A DNA stretch of 64,000 nucleotides from Candidatus Heimdallarchaeum endolithica (lineage in GTDB: Archaea > Asgardarchaeota > Heimdallarchaeia > Heimdallarchaeales > Heimdallarchaeaceae): assembly GCA_021513715.1 (NCBI GenBank), contig CP084167.1:512001-576000 (forward strand). Reading direction: 5' to 3'. Each line of letters opens with the position of its first letter. Position 1 is the first letter of the stretch. Under the pieces are notes generated by a model. It saw nothing but the letters and a program-made list of their open reading frames with translations. It searched no databases and was not told the DNA's origin. Shown here one piece after another: positions 1 through 10,507 of this stretch. The position numbers and the translations under genes were made by a program.

Positions 1-2510
1 ATTCTATATTCAATCCCAACCCACTTAATTATATCTTCTATTCTAATTTCTAGCGTTTCTACTAAATTTAATTCTTGATCTATACTATCATCTGGTCTAA
101 AATTGTAGCATCGAATTCTTTTGGGAGTATCAAGTCTTGTTGCACGGCCAATTCTCTGTATCAATTTTACAGGATTATATGGAATATCAAAATTTACTAC
201 TATATCAGCACCACTGATATTGTAACCTTCAGATAAAGTGTCAGTTGTTACTAAAATTTTAAGTTCATTATCTGAATCATTAAATTTTTCTATTATAGAA
301 TTTTTATTTTTTGTTTGAGAATCAACAAATTTTATAATTGTTGAATCGATCTTATCTTTAAGGAATTCTTTTATAGCTTTTAAGCTATCTTTGTATTCTA
401 CAAAAATGAGTATTTTCTTTTTTATATGTTTATTTATCAATAACAAAAATTCTTCTAATTTTTTGTCATCAATGAAAAGGATTTTACTATTTGGAATCAA
501 AAATTTTTCTAGTTGTTTTAACTGTTCATCTATTTTTTTTGTATCTTCTTCTAAATCTTCTAAAATTGTTAAGTGACTTTTTCCTTCTCCAGATTTTATT
601 TTTTCTATGATCTCTCCTAGTTTTTGTCTAAAATCATACCCAAAGTTAACTTCTATTTCATCCTGTTCATCGATTCTTTCTCTTTCTAATATTGAAATAT
701 CTCTTTTTTTTATTGATGTAAGAATAAGTTTATTTTTCTTTGATAATCTTTTCAATGTAAGGTAATATGATGTAATATCGCTTTCAAATCTTTTGTATAA
801 AATCCATTTAAAGAACCCGCCTAGTCTTGTACCTAGTTCTGGTTCTAATATTTTTAAGTGAGCTGCAGTAAGGCTATTTATGAAATCTATGATACCTTCA
901 ACAATTTCTTTATACTTTTTATCTAATTTATATGCAATTTCTCTAACTTCAGGATCTGGTATTTGCCGAATATCTATACCTGATAATTCTTCAATTTCCT
1001 TTATATATTCTTCAGAAGTTTTTATTGTTTCACGTGTTGATTTTATGAATAACTCACGTTCTATTTCTTCTTGTTTTTTTGAAATTAATTTTTTATCTTC
1101 ATCAGAGAGGTTTTCATAATCTTTTTCACTTACTAAATTTAGTATTTCAACCAGATTTCTAACAAGTTTGTCAAGATATGGATTTTGTCCTTTCCTATAG
1201 ATAAGTTTTATAAGATTAAGAAGGTCAAAAAGGCTTGTGTTAATAGGAGTGGCTGTTAAAAATAAAACTTTTGCATCTCCATTTTCATCAATAATTTTTT
1301 TTAAATTTCTTGTTCTAAATGCATCTTCATTTCTATAATTATGAGCTTCATCAATGATTATTAGGTTATATTTTTTTTCTAGAAGACTTATCTTTCCAAA
1401 TGGTGGTGAATATTTATTGACCTTTTTATCCTCAAATAATAAGGGGTCTTCTTGAAGGTCTCCCATTGAAACTAGATCAACTTTATCAAAAATTCCAAAT
1501 TCGCTTAAATATTTTGGCCAGTTATCTTTTTGTTCTTTTTTTTCTAAAGCTGATTTTACCAAACCAGCTGGAGCAATAACAAGTATTTTTCCTCCATTTT
1601 TGAGGAAATATTCTGCTAGAGCACATGCAACATAAGACTTACCTAATCCTACAGAAGAAGTAAGAAAAACTCCACGATAATTCTTCTCTGCAAGAAGGGT
1701 TGCACATCTTAAAGTGTCTATGATTTGGAATTTTAGCAACCCTTTTTTCTCCCATTTTTCAAAAAGATATTCAGCTTTTAAATATTTAATCAAAAACTTG
1801 AAAAATTGTTCTGGCTTTACATAATGATACACCTCTTTTAAATATTTACCAAATTTTGATTTCTCTATTCCCTCTAAAAGTATTTCAACAACTTTTAATT
1901 TGTCAAATTCTTCTGAACCTCTTTCCCATAAACTATCAAACCAACTTTCAAGGTACTCAAGATTTTCAGGTTCTGAAATAATCACATTTAATTCAGTATT
2001 TCCTATTAATCCACTAGGAGTTAAGTTTGAAGAACCAATTATCCCAGCTTTATACCTTTCAAGTACATCTCTTGTTTTAATATTTCTAATAAAAAGATAA
2101 GCTTTAGAATGCAGTTTTTCTATTTTATTATCATCTCCAAAATAAACACGTATTTTTATTGATTTAGAATCCTTAACTAATTGATGAAATAAAACAATTG
2201 ATGGAATTGTTGAACTATTTTCCTCTATTTCATTAAACTTTTCTTTAAATGCTTTAATTAGCTCATTTTTTGTCAATCGAGTAGTTTCGCTACCCATTAA
2301 TATTTTTATTTCTTTTAAATCTTTTAATTTATCAATAATAAGTGCAAGACCTTCAATATAGAAATAACCAGTGGCACACTTTAACCCCTCTGTACCATTT
2401 GCAATACTCCTTACAACATCTTTAAGAGTAACGGTTTCTCCTTTGTATTTTCTTCTATTATCTATTATTGAACCTTTTTTCAAAATTTCACTAAAATTTA
2501 CTTCAACCAT
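1..2510 (-). CDS. PLD-nuclease domain + SNF2/SF2 helicase (restriction/defence-type), truncated by window start
   Basis: Not in ORF track because it runs off the edge. Manual translation from ATG at 2510 (RBS AGGTGA upstream): MVEVNFSEIL...CATGYFYIEG...LHSKAYLF...IIGSSNLT...ELNV (PLD-type), Walker A SVGLGKS, IIIDEAHNYRN, LTATPIN, TDTLSEGYN, VNFDIPYNPVKLIQRIGRATR. Motifs are in one frame to position 3. Confidence 0.88.
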   Translation of the reverse strand, partial: MVEVNFSEILKKGSIIDNRRKYKGETVTLKDVVRSIANGTEGLKCATGYFYIEGLALIIDKLKDLKEIKILMGSETTRLTKNELIKAFKEKFNEIEENSSTIPSIVLFHQLVKDSKSIKIRVYFGDDNKIEKLHSKAYLFIRNIKTRDVLERYKAGIIGSSNLTPSGLIGNTELNVIISEPENLEYLESWFDSLWERGSEEFDKLKVVEILLEGIEKSKFGKYLKEVYHYVKPEQFFKFLIKYLKAEYLFEKWEKKGLLKFQIIDTLRCATLLAEKNYRGVFLTSSVGLGKSYVACALAEYFLKNGGKILVIAPAGLVKSALEKKEQKDNWPKYLSEFGIFDKVDLVSMGDLQEDPLLFEDKKVNKYSPPFGKISLLEKKYNLIIIDEAHNYRNEDAFRTRNLKKIIDENGDAKVLFLTATPINTSLFDLLNLIKLIYRKGQNPYLDKLVRNLVEILNLVSEKDYENLSDEDKKLISKKQEEIERELFIKSTRETIKTSEEYIKEIEELSGIDIRQIPDPEVREIAYKLDKKYKEIVEGIIDFINSLTAAHLKILEPELGTRLGGFFKWILYKRFESDITSYYLTLKRLSKKNKLILTSIKKRDISILERERIDEQDEIEVNFGYDFRQKLGEIIEKIKSGEGKSHLTILEDLEEDTKKIDEQLKQLEKFLIPNSKILFIDDKKLEEFLLLINKHIKKKILIFVEYKDSLKAIKEFLKDKIDSTIIKFVDSQTKNKNSIIEKFNDSDNELKILVTTDTLSEGYNISGADIVVNFDIPYNPVKLIQRIGRATRLDTPKRIRCYNFRPDDSIDQELNLVETLEIRIEDIIKWVGIEYR

Positions 2511-2726
2511 TTTTTCACCTTGATATTTTCGTGATTCTCTCTTGCTAGTTTTTGTTACGATTTATTGAAATTATTAAATCAAATCCATTTTAACTATTCA
2601 ACTTTTTATTAGCAAACTATAAACATAAAATATTTTTTTATAGTTTGTAGGTAATTATTAAATTTTAAATTTTTTCATTGCCTTTTGTTAATACAGATCC
2701 CATAGTTTTTTATGTATATTGCAAAT

Positions 2727-3488
2727 GGTAGTGTCTAGTTTTTATACCACCTCCTAGGCAAAAAGGAACTAAGGGGAGGATGTCCCAAGCTCTGATGAGG
2801 ACGAACGAAATTATAATAGAGTATAAAGAGTGTAAGGAAACCAGAAAGATGGGTAGAGCCATAGACGGCACGAATAGAACATGTGCAGTGGAGAATAGAA
2901 TGAAACCAACGATAGCTCTTAAGTGTGGCATTAAAACGTTCAATATAGGAGCGTAAACCACCATTGATAAAAGAGATTTTGATACCGAGACGAAGTAAGA
3001 CAGGATACCATACCCCTGCATCTGTAACGACAATACGAGGCTTAGAACCCCAACATTTGAACCAATAACGGAAAGTTAGTAAACATTCAAAATTACTCCG
3101 TCCTTTAGTAATACTAAAACCCAGTAAAGTCTTATTGTAAGGATCTAACGCGAACCACATATACATTGAGCCTTGAGAGGTCTTAATCTCTGTTTCATCA
3201 ACTACTATAATCTCTGGTATTCCCCCTCTCTCTGCTACAATTCTATGTAAACTTTCCCTAAAGAGCCTGAACTTCTTTACCCAATACCATAGTGCCTGGT
3301 GTGTTAAACCATTCTTCCATCCTACTGTCCTCAACCCATTCTTTGAACCAATATATTCGTAAATAGCTCTTATGATTATTTTCTTGGGGATTCTGCTCCC
3401 TTTAAAAAGGGAGTATATTCTTAGTTTGTTCATATTTTCACATTAGAATCTCCAATAATATTTTTGTCGGGAGAAACTAGACACCACC
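2727..3488 (-). mobile_element. IS6-family insertion sequence, copy 1 (762 bp)
   Basis: Terminal inverted repeats GGTAGTGTCTAGTTT (2727) and AAACTAGACACCACC (ends 3488). Direct repeat ATTGCAAAT at 2718-2726 and 3489-3497. Contains a DDE transposase. Confidence 0.92.
2735..3433 (-). CDS. IS6-family DDE transposase
   Basis: N-terminal HTH (LTHQALWYWVKKF), VVDETEIK, Y-x-W-x-A-x-D, VVTDAG, IERFNATLK, YYNFVRPHQSLG. The stop codon lies inside the IR. Confidence 0.9.
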   Translation of the reverse strand: MNKLRIYSLFKGSRIPKKIIIRAIYEYIGSKNGLRTVGWKNGLTHQALWYWVKKFRLFRESLHRIVAERGGIPEIIVVDETEIKTSQGSMYMWFALDPYNKTLLGFSITKGRSNFECLLTFRYWFKCWGSKPRIVVTDAGVWYPVLLRLGIKISFINGGLRSYIERFNATLKSYRWFHSILHCTCSIRAVYGSTHLSGFLTLFILYYNFVRPHQSLGHPPLSSFLPRRWYKN

Positions 3489-3645
3489 ATTGCAAATACC
3501 ATTAAACTTTTTATAATCAAACTCATAACAAGATAATTATAACAATAATAATTGTTTTTTATGTTACTTAAAAAGAAATTATAAAGAAGGAAAAAACAAA
3601 AATAGCATGATATATCGTAAAGTAATGTAAGATAAGAAAGAAAAA

Positions 3646-4083
3646 TTATATATTGAAGGATTCTCCTTTAACTTTTTTAATATGGTGTAAATCGTGTTTC
3701 CATAGACCAAATAAATCTGCAGCTTTTCCCTCAAGATTCTTTTCTATAAGTAATTTATAGTTTTTAATTAATTCTTCTCTTTTTTCTTTAAACATGTCTA
3801 CTACTTCATTCAGACTTTTTTCTTTATATTGTTCTAGTTGTTTATCGTTCCATTCGTCAAGCTTTGAACCAGAATATTCTTCAGACCATACAACTTCTTT
3901 ACCCTCAAATACATCTTTTACAATTCTCAAAATTTCAATGTCCCAGACTAATAAGTGTGCAATAAGTTCTTTCTTTCCCCAACCATTTGATAAACTAAAA
4001 TCTTCGGAAAGATCTAACACAATTTCAGTTGTTTTTTCAAATTTGTTTATATGTTCAGCTGGTTCAATTTTTTCTTTAGTCAT
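3646..4083 (-). CDS. DinB/ClbS-DfsB-like four-helix bundle protein
   Basis: GWGKKELIAHLLVWD motif and C-terminal HDLHH putative metal ligands. Confidence 0.65.
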   Translation of the reverse strand: MTKEKIEPAEHINKFEKTTEIVLDLSEDFSLSNGWGKKELIAHLLVWDIEILRIVKDVFEGKEVVWSEEYSGSKLDEWNDKQLEQYKEKSLNEVVDMFKEKREELIKNYKLLIEKNLEGKAADLFGLWKHDLHHIKKVKGESFNI

Positions 4084-4260
4084 AGGAAAGTAATAGAAAA
4101 TATTCTTTTATCCTTTTCTTTTAGAACTATATTTTATTTGTTAAATGATTAAAAATTCTTTCATCTTTTTTGCACTTTAATTTTCTAAAGTTGTTTACTT
4201 TACCCTTCTAAATAATAAACTATTCAAAAAAGGGGAATAATTGTCATTTGGTGAAAAAAA

Positions 4261-5307
4261 ATGTTCACAAAAACAAAAATAATTGGTTTGGGAATACTTC
4301 TTTCAATGTTGATAAGCTCTATTGCTGTATCAGCTGAAAGTCAAGGGATTCAATATTCTGAACAGAATAAGCTTGTTACAATAAGTTATGAGGATTTAAC
4401 CCTCATGGTTAATGCTGGAGGTCAAGTACCAAAATTTCATATTATTCAGGAAGACGGACTAGAATTCCAAGTAATGTTCAAGATGCTTGTAGAGTATTAT
4501 GATGCAAACGAAGATGGAGCTTTTCAATACAATGAAACAAACATTGCTCAAACAGATGAACATGGCCGTCCTAGTGCAAGAACAAACATTTTAGCTCTTC
4601 CTAGTGTTATTTGGTCATTTAGTGGTTTTGATTTAGAATATGAAGAAGGAACAGAAAACATAGTTGCAATACACTTTGCTTTCGTCAGTGAAAATATACT
4701 TATTCCATTTTATGCTGATTTTTCGATGGAGATAAAAGCTCATTTCTATTTAGATAATAAAACTATTGACGGATATGAAATTATTGGCGGAAGAGAACTG
4801 AAGTTTGACATTATTATGAACAATTGGCCATGGGAAAAAGATGATACTTATCTTGCTTTAAGATTTGACATAACACCTTTGAAAGATGCTGAAATAAAAG
4901 ATGTTGAAGGAAAACCTGTCGACACAAAGACAAATTCAACAGGTTATGAACACAAAGTCAATAATCAAAATCAAATGAAGAACGCATTTGAATTGGGAAA
5001 TGCTACAGATAAAGGATTCTTTGCTTACGCTAACAAAGCTAACTATTCTTATCAAAATGAATATCAACAAGGAACAGTAAATTGCTCTTATTCAACTAAT
5101 GGAGACGATACTATTCAAACATATTTGAGCTTTGAACATTTCGATGAAGAAGTTGTTTATGATCCTTCATTAGGTGTGGTTTCTGATACAGAAGAAGGAA
5201 ATAATGAAGAAGATACAACTGGATTAGGAAACTTGGAAATATTAACACTCAGCGCACTTTCAATATCTGTTATTACTGCAGTAGCTATTTTGAGAAAGAA
5301 AAGATAA
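4261..5307 (+). CDS. secreted cell-surface protein with C-terminal membrane anchor
   Basis: Signal peptide, acidic beta-rich body, C-terminal TM helix followed by RKKR; RBS GGTGA upstream. Confidence 0.75.
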   Translation: MFTKTKIIGLGILLSMLISSIAVSAESQGIQYSEQNKLVTISYEDLTLMVNAGGQVPKFHIIQEDGLEFQVMFKMLVEYYDANEDGAFQYNETNIAQTDEHGRPSARTNILALPSVIWSFSGFDLEYEEGTENIVAIHFAFVSENILIPFYADFSMEIKAHFYLDNKTIDGYEIIGGRELKFDIIMNNWPWEKDDTYLALRFDITPLKDAEIKDVEGKPVDTKTNSTGYEHKVNNQNQMKNAFELGNATDKGFFAYANKANYSYQNEYQQGTVNCSYSTNGDDTIQTYLSFEHFDEEVVYDPSLGVVSDTEEGNNEEDTTGLGNLEILTLSALSISVITAVAILRKKR

Positions 5308-5309
5308 AA

Positions 5310-5339
5310 TATTCATTTTTCCTTTTTTTCATTTTTTTA
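5310..5339 (+). terminator. T-rich archaeal-type terminator
   Basis: Successive T tracts just after the stop codon, between convergent genes. Confidence 0.4.
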
Positions 5340-5437
5340 GTAATTATCAAAAATATTAGGAAATTGAAAGGTTTCTAACACTTAATTTTATATTACATTA
5401 AAAAAAAAGAAAAAAAGTTTTAGTTTAACCACTTAAA

Positions 5438-8400
5438 CTAATATTTCTTTCCAAGTACATCAATTTCTTCAAGAGTTTCAGTAACTCTTCTTTTTTTTTG
5501 TATTTTTCTGAAGATAATTTCAAATAAAACAATTGAAAAAATGAAAACTATCCAAACTGTAATTTTAAGGAAAATATCACTTCTTACAAAAATAGTAAAG
5601 TTTGAATCATAAGTCAATGGGTCAAAATTGTTCATTACTTCTTCGTAATCACTCATTCCATCTCCATCTGTGTCAGGATCTTTAGGATTTGTACTATAAA
5701 TGATTACTTCTTCTGCGTCATCTAACCCATCATCATCCGAATCAGTATCAAACGGGTTTGTACCATAAACCATTACTTCTAAGAAATCATTTAAATTATC
5801 ACCATCTGTGTCTTCATTTAGAGGATTAGTATGATAATCATGTACTTCACTTCCATCTAGTAATCCATCGTTATCAGAATCACAATCCAAGGGGTCAGTA
5901 GAATACATGAAAATTTCGAGATTATCGGATAAACCATCCAAATCTGAATCTTTTAATGTAGGATTTGTTCCATAAACAAGTACTTCTACTCCATCATCTA
6001 TTCCATCATTATCCGTATCATCATTTGTAGGATCTGTTCCGTAAGCGTATATTTCATCACCATCCAATAATCCATCAAAGTCAGTATCATTATTCCTTGG
6101 ATCAGTATTGTTTTCAAATTCGTGAATATTATATAATTCATCATTATCAAAGTCAACATAGGCATCAATTGGATTAGTAACATCTAAACCATAGTAATAT
6201 TCCCAGTAATTTGTCATTCCATCGCTATCTAAATCTCCATCAGCATCGCTTGGATCATCAGGATCTAATCCTACACTAACTTCCCAGTAATCAGGCATTT
6301 TATCGTTATCACTATCTCTTACTAATTTTATGATAAAAGCATCAATATATCCTTCTAAAGTGGAATTTAAAGAATTTTTTAAAAGAAGATCACTACTCTC
6401 TGTACTCCCTACTATACAGATAGAACCATCATTATCTACTGCTATATCTCTACCTACATCTTCTTCTCTTCCACCAAAATATGTGCTAAAAATTAAATCT
6501 GTTCCACTTTTATTTAACATTGAAACAAAAATGTCAGAATTATAAGTAGGATTTCTTTCTTCAATTGCGTTCTTAATTGGAAAATCATTGCTCCATGTTC
6601 CACCAGTTAAATAGACATTCTGATCATTATCTACTGTTATTGACAAACAAGTATCATTTGATGAACCACCTAAAAATGTACTATATATTATATTATCCGC
6701 TGTTGAACTTATTTTTGTTAAAAATATGTCAGAATATCCATTTAGTGTGTCATCATAAGCATTTTTAGTTGGAAAGTCAGCACTGGTAGTGTATCCTGCC
6801 ACATAAATGTTATCTTGGCTATCTAAAGTAATTGAATAAACGTTTTCTAAATCTTCTCCACCCAAAAATGTACTATGAATTAATTCTGTTCCTGTGTTAG
6901 ATAATTTTAGAATAAAAATGTCAAAGTTACCACTTATTGTAAAAGCTAAAGCATTCTTGATTGGAAAATCAGTACTGTTTGTTATTCCAGCTATGTAAAC
7001 ATCTCCATTATCGTTAACAACAATATCCTGCCCCATTTCGAAATCTGAACTACCAATAAAAGTAGAATAAACAATGTCTCTTCCTGTAAAGTTAAATTTA
7101 GTAATAAAAACATCATAATTTCCATTTGAAGAATTATCATAAGCATTTTTTGTTGGAAAGTCAGTACTATTTGTAACACCAGTAATATATACAAAGCCAT
7201 CACTATCAATAGCTATTCCCCTGGCATAATCATTATACTTTCCTCCTAAATAAGTGCTATAGATTAACCCATTTCCTGTAGAGTTAATATAGGATAAATA
7301 AACATCAAAAAAGCTTCCACCACCATAAGTAGAATTAAAAGCATTTTTAGTTGGAAAATCATCACTTCTTGTAGTCCCAGTAATGAAAACAGAACCATTA
7401 GAGAAAACTTTACCATTTGCAAAGTATTCAGCATCACTTCCCCCTATTATTGTAGTGAAAATAGGTTCAAGAGTTTCTCCATCCAGTTTAGTAACAAAAG
7501 CATCATAATCATCATCTGAGATATTTCCAAAAGCAAAGTTGTTGAATAAAGAAGTGCTCATAGTATCTCCAAAAATGTATATATTTCCATCATTTCCTAT
7601 TTCTATCTTGCGTCCATAATCAAAAACATCTCCGCTTAAATAAGAACTAAAATCTACTAAATAAGGATCAATAATCAATTTTTTTGCTGTATCATATTGT
7701 TCAATATTAAAATTATAACAGTTATCATCAAGACTAAAATAAGCGGGGATAATTTTTCCCTCTTGAAAAACTTTTAAGTTTCTATCGTTAAAAATTCTAT
7801 ATTCTGTATTTCCGATTCTTGAGATTCCAACTATATTAGTTTTATCTTCTTGTTTTAAGTAAAACTTTGAATCTGATGATAGTTGAACCTTAATAACTGA
7901 AGGATCAACATTTGGTTCAACAATAAATTCGTACTTCAGAAATGAACCTGTAAAATAGTATCTTAAAGATATTCCTGGGTATATATCTTCATATATTATT
8001 TCTTGATAACAGCTTATTTGAGTAATTACTTTATCTTTGTAAAAAAAGTTGGAAAAGTAATTTGCTACTCCTTTTGCTTGTGGTACAACGATATTTGAAT
8101 CGGGAAAAGAGATAGTAATTAAGAAAAATTTATTATTTTCTTCTTTATTCGGTTTAAGATTCTGAATAAAGTGGACCTTAGATTCTCCAAAGTAAACATT
8201 TGTTAGAGGAGATTGAGCATAATAAAAAACTGTCTTGTCAAATATTTGCCCTTTATTTTGCATAAAAAAGAATTTAGAATTGTAATCAAGGGCATAATTC
8301 TCTAAATATTCGTCAAAAATACCGTAAAAATTATTTTTTGCCTTATTTTGCTGTTGTGAATATTTTATACTATAAGAGCCAACCAAAGTATTATTTTTGA

Positions 8401-8494
8401 CATAAAATCCAGAAAAACGGCTTACACTTACAAGAAAAATAAAAAACAAAGTAACAAAAAATAAAAAAATTCCTCTGCTTTTAATTCCATTCAT
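5438..8494 (-). CDS. surface protein: SBBP beta-propeller repeats + DxDxDG (TSP3-like) Ca-binding stalk + C-terminal TM
   Basis: F-x-x-NKGQ N-domain and LIIDP. About 7 repeats of YSTYLGG..D...IA.D..G..YITG.T.S.DFPT.NA. Many DTDxDGLxDxxE repeats. C-terminal TM and basic tail. Confidence 0.88.
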   Translation of the reverse strand: MNGIKSRGIFLFFVTLFFIFLVSVSRFSGFYVKNNTLVGSYSIKYSQQQNKAKNNFYGIFDEYLENYALDYNSKFFFMQNKGQIFDKTVFYYAQSPLTNVYFGESKVHFIQNLKPNKEENNKFFLITISFPDSNIVVPQAKGVANYFSNFFYKDKVITQISCYQEIIYEDIYPGISLRYYFTGSFLKYEFIVEPNVDPSVIKVQLSSDSKFYLKQEDKTNIVGISRIGNTEYRIFNDRNLKVFQEGKIIPAYFSLDDNCYNFNIEQYDTAKKLIIDPYLVDFSSYLSGDVFDYGRKIEIGNDGNIYIFGDTMSTSLFNNFAFGNISDDDYDAFVTKLDGETLEPIFTTIIGGSDAEYFANGKVFSNGSVFITGTTRSDDFPTKNAFNSTYGGGSFFDVYLSYINSTGNGLIYSTYLGGKYNDYARGIAIDSDGFVYITGVTNSTDFPTKNAYDNSSNGNYDVFITKFNFTGRDIVYSTFIGSSDFEMGQDIVVNDNGDVYIAGITNSTDFPIKNALAFTISGNFDIFILKLSNTGTELIHSTFLGGEDLENVYSITLDSQDNIYVAGYTTSADFPTKNAYDDTLNGYSDIFLTKISSTADNIIYSTFLGGSSNDTCLSITVDNDQNVYLTGGTWSNDFPIKNAIEERNPTYNSDIFVSMLNKSGTDLIFSTYFGGREEDVGRDIAVDNDGSICIVGSTESSDLLLKNSLNSTLEGYIDAFIIKLVRDSDNDKMPDYWEVSVGLDPDDPSDADGDLDSDGMTNYWEYYYGLDVTNPIDAYVDFDNDELYNIHEFENNTDPRNNDTDFDGLLDGDEIYAYGTDPTNDDTDNDGIDDGVEVLVYGTNPTLKDSDLDGLSDNLEIFMYSTDPLDCDSDNDGLLDGSEVHDYHTNPLNEDTDGDNLNDFLEVMVYGTNPFDTDSDDDGLDDAEEVIIYSTNPKDPDTDGDGMSDYEEVMNNFDPLTYDSNFTIFVRSDIFLKITVWIVFIFSIVLFEIIFRKIQKKRRVTETLEEIDVLGKKY

Positions 8495-8818
8495 TTTTTC
8501 AAATAATTTAAATCAAAAAACATTATATAAATATTATCAAATGATTTTGTATAATTATTTATTTAAAATTTAAAAATACGCTTAAATAGATTGTAGAACA
8601 AAAAGAAAAATTTTTGCCAATTTCTTTTTTGCAAGTTTTTATTCTAAAGGAGATAAATAAAAATTATGTGTAATAACACAGATAATATTAGGCTAATTAT
8701 CAGCTTTTTTATACAAAATCGAAATAAAGGTCTAGAACGCTAAAAAAAATATTAGAATGAGGATAATAGTAAAAAGCTAACAACAATTTTTTTAAGTAAA
8801 AATATGAATTAAAAAATA

Positions 8819-9640
8819 ATGGGCAATTTGAATGATTCAATAAAGGAAATGAAACTTTTTTCAAATCAAACAAGAAGGGATTTGCTTAAACTTCTTGGAG
8901 AATCAGGAGGATTGTCTTTTACAAATATTAAAGAAGAATTAGGATTAACAGATGGAAGATTATATTTTCATTTAAAGAAATTAGAGGGGTATATAGAGAA
9001 AGATGCACAGAATAACTATAAACTAACTTCTGAAGGTAAGAAAACTTATGACACTTTATTTTTCAGTCATATGGTTGAAAAGAAAAAATTTGAAGAAGAT
9101 GTCTCTTCAAAATCACTAAACAAGTTGTTTCCTGAAGATATCGTTTATTATTTTATTGGAACGAAAGTAAGAAGTATGATTGAACTTAACTCATTATTAA
9201 TAATTTTGTGTTGGTTCTTTGGAGTAACTAATAGCTTCTTTAGTCCTATAGAAACAATAATTATAGGTGGAGCTATATTAAATTTTGTAATCAATCTCGT
9301 TCATTGGTACTTTTATTGCATTCTTATCTATTTCATCTTGAAAGTCTTTAAGAAAGAAGTAAACTTTATAGAGTTAGTTATTACAACCATCACAGGAATT
9401 ATTCCATATTTCATTTATTTAATTACGAAAGGCATTCTACAGTTGTTAAATATTGAAATTGTTGGGTGGGTTAATGTAGTTATGATTATTATATTCATCA
9501 TTTGTAAAATGTGGTCCTCATTAATAATTGCTCAAGGGTTAAGCATTGTAGCCAAGATACATACTTCACAAGCTATACTTACAGTAATATCTTTGATCAT
9601 TATTGATTACATGTACATGTTTATCACTTTATCAATTTGA
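8819..9640 (+). CDS. ArsR-like winged-HTH fused to multi-pass (Yip1-like) membrane domain
   Basis: FSNQTRRDLLKLL..LSFTNIKEELGLTDGRLYFHLKKL followed by about 5 hydrophobic helices. Confidence 0.7.
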   Translation: MGNLNDSIKEMKLFSNQTRRDLLKLLGESGGLSFTNIKEELGLTDGRLYFHLKKLEGYIEKDAQNNYKLTSEGKKTYDTLFFSHMVEKKKFEEDVSSKSLNKLFPEDIVYYFIGTKVRSMIELNSLLIILCWFFGVTNSFFSPIETIIIGGAILNFVINLVHWYFYCILIYFILKVFKKEVNFIELVITTITGIIPYFIYLITKGILQLLNIEIVGWVNVVMIIIFIICKMWSSLIIAQGLSIVAKIHTSQAILTVISLIIIDYMYMFITLSI

Positions 9641-9721
9641 TGTAAGAACTTTAGAAAAATAAATAAGAAGAATAAAAAAAAAGAAGGAGAGAAAATAAAT
9701 AGAGAAAAAGAGCTGAGAAAA

Positions 9722-10390
9722 ATGAATAAAAGAAATTTGATAACTCTATTCCTACTTTCAATTATAACTAGTTCTATAGTTGTTTCTGGGATTCTAACTT
9801 TTAGAAATTATGATGAAATAGTCGAGGATTTGAATAGCATCGACATTTTTCCTACAGAACCAATATATAATGGAGATGATGAATTAAAAACTGGAATATT
9901 GGAGTTATTCTACCTCAGCTCTGTTTCTGAAAGTCAAGTTTCAAAAAGTATGAATAGCTATGGCCCCCCAAATGTAACTGAAACTTTACAAAATGTGTGG
10001 ATAAACATTACTAAAATTGAACTTGTTGGCAATGACTCAAAGTTAATTAACTTATTTGATGATCATGTTCAGTTAGACCTTAAAAAAGCAGAAGAAGGGA
10101 CGATTTTCTTATTTTCGTTTAACATCACTATAGGATTCTATTCATCGATAAAAATCTATTATGAGAATACTTTAGTAACTAACAGCACTGAAGGGGTAGA
10201 AAAAACTTATGTTATTCAAGGTTCAACTTTTCTAGTTGTGCCTTTCAGACAAAATAAATCTTCTAGTAATCAATCTAATCTGGAAATAACGAAAAATGCT
10301 AAAAAAAACATATATTTAGACTTTAATCTTAATCTCATATCCTTTACTCAATCAGCAGTACTAACCATTCAAGCTTTTTTAAACCTTTAA
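9722..10390 (+). CDS. secreted DUF4382-like protein
   Basis: Signal/anchor helix; NVWINITKIEL, G.YS.IKI and terminal LDFN patterns typical of DUF4382. Confidence 0.5.
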   Translation: MNKRNLITLFLLSIITSSIVVSGILTFRNYDEIVEDLNSIDIFPTEPIYNGDDELKTGILELFYLSSVSESQVSKSMNSYGPPNVTETLQNVWINITKIELVGNDSKLINLFDDHVQLDLKKAEEGTIFLFSFNITIGFYSSIKIYYENTLVTNSTEGVEKTYVIQGSTFLVVPFRQNKSSSNQSNLEITKNAKKNIYLDFNLNLISFTQSAVLTIQAFLNL

Positions 10391-10507
10391 TCTAGGTAAT
10401 TATAAATTGCTCAAATTTCTTTTTTGCCCTATTTTAATCCTCAAGAAAATATTTTTCTTCATCTCTCAGATAATCTTTTATATTTTCTTTAAAAGAAACA
10501 ATTAATA

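Noticed and set aside
391-2100. Short plus-strand ORFs 391-576, 880-1119, 1900-2100
   Set aside because: Antisense shadows of the PLD-helicase gene; Ser/Phe/Ile-rich with no motifs.
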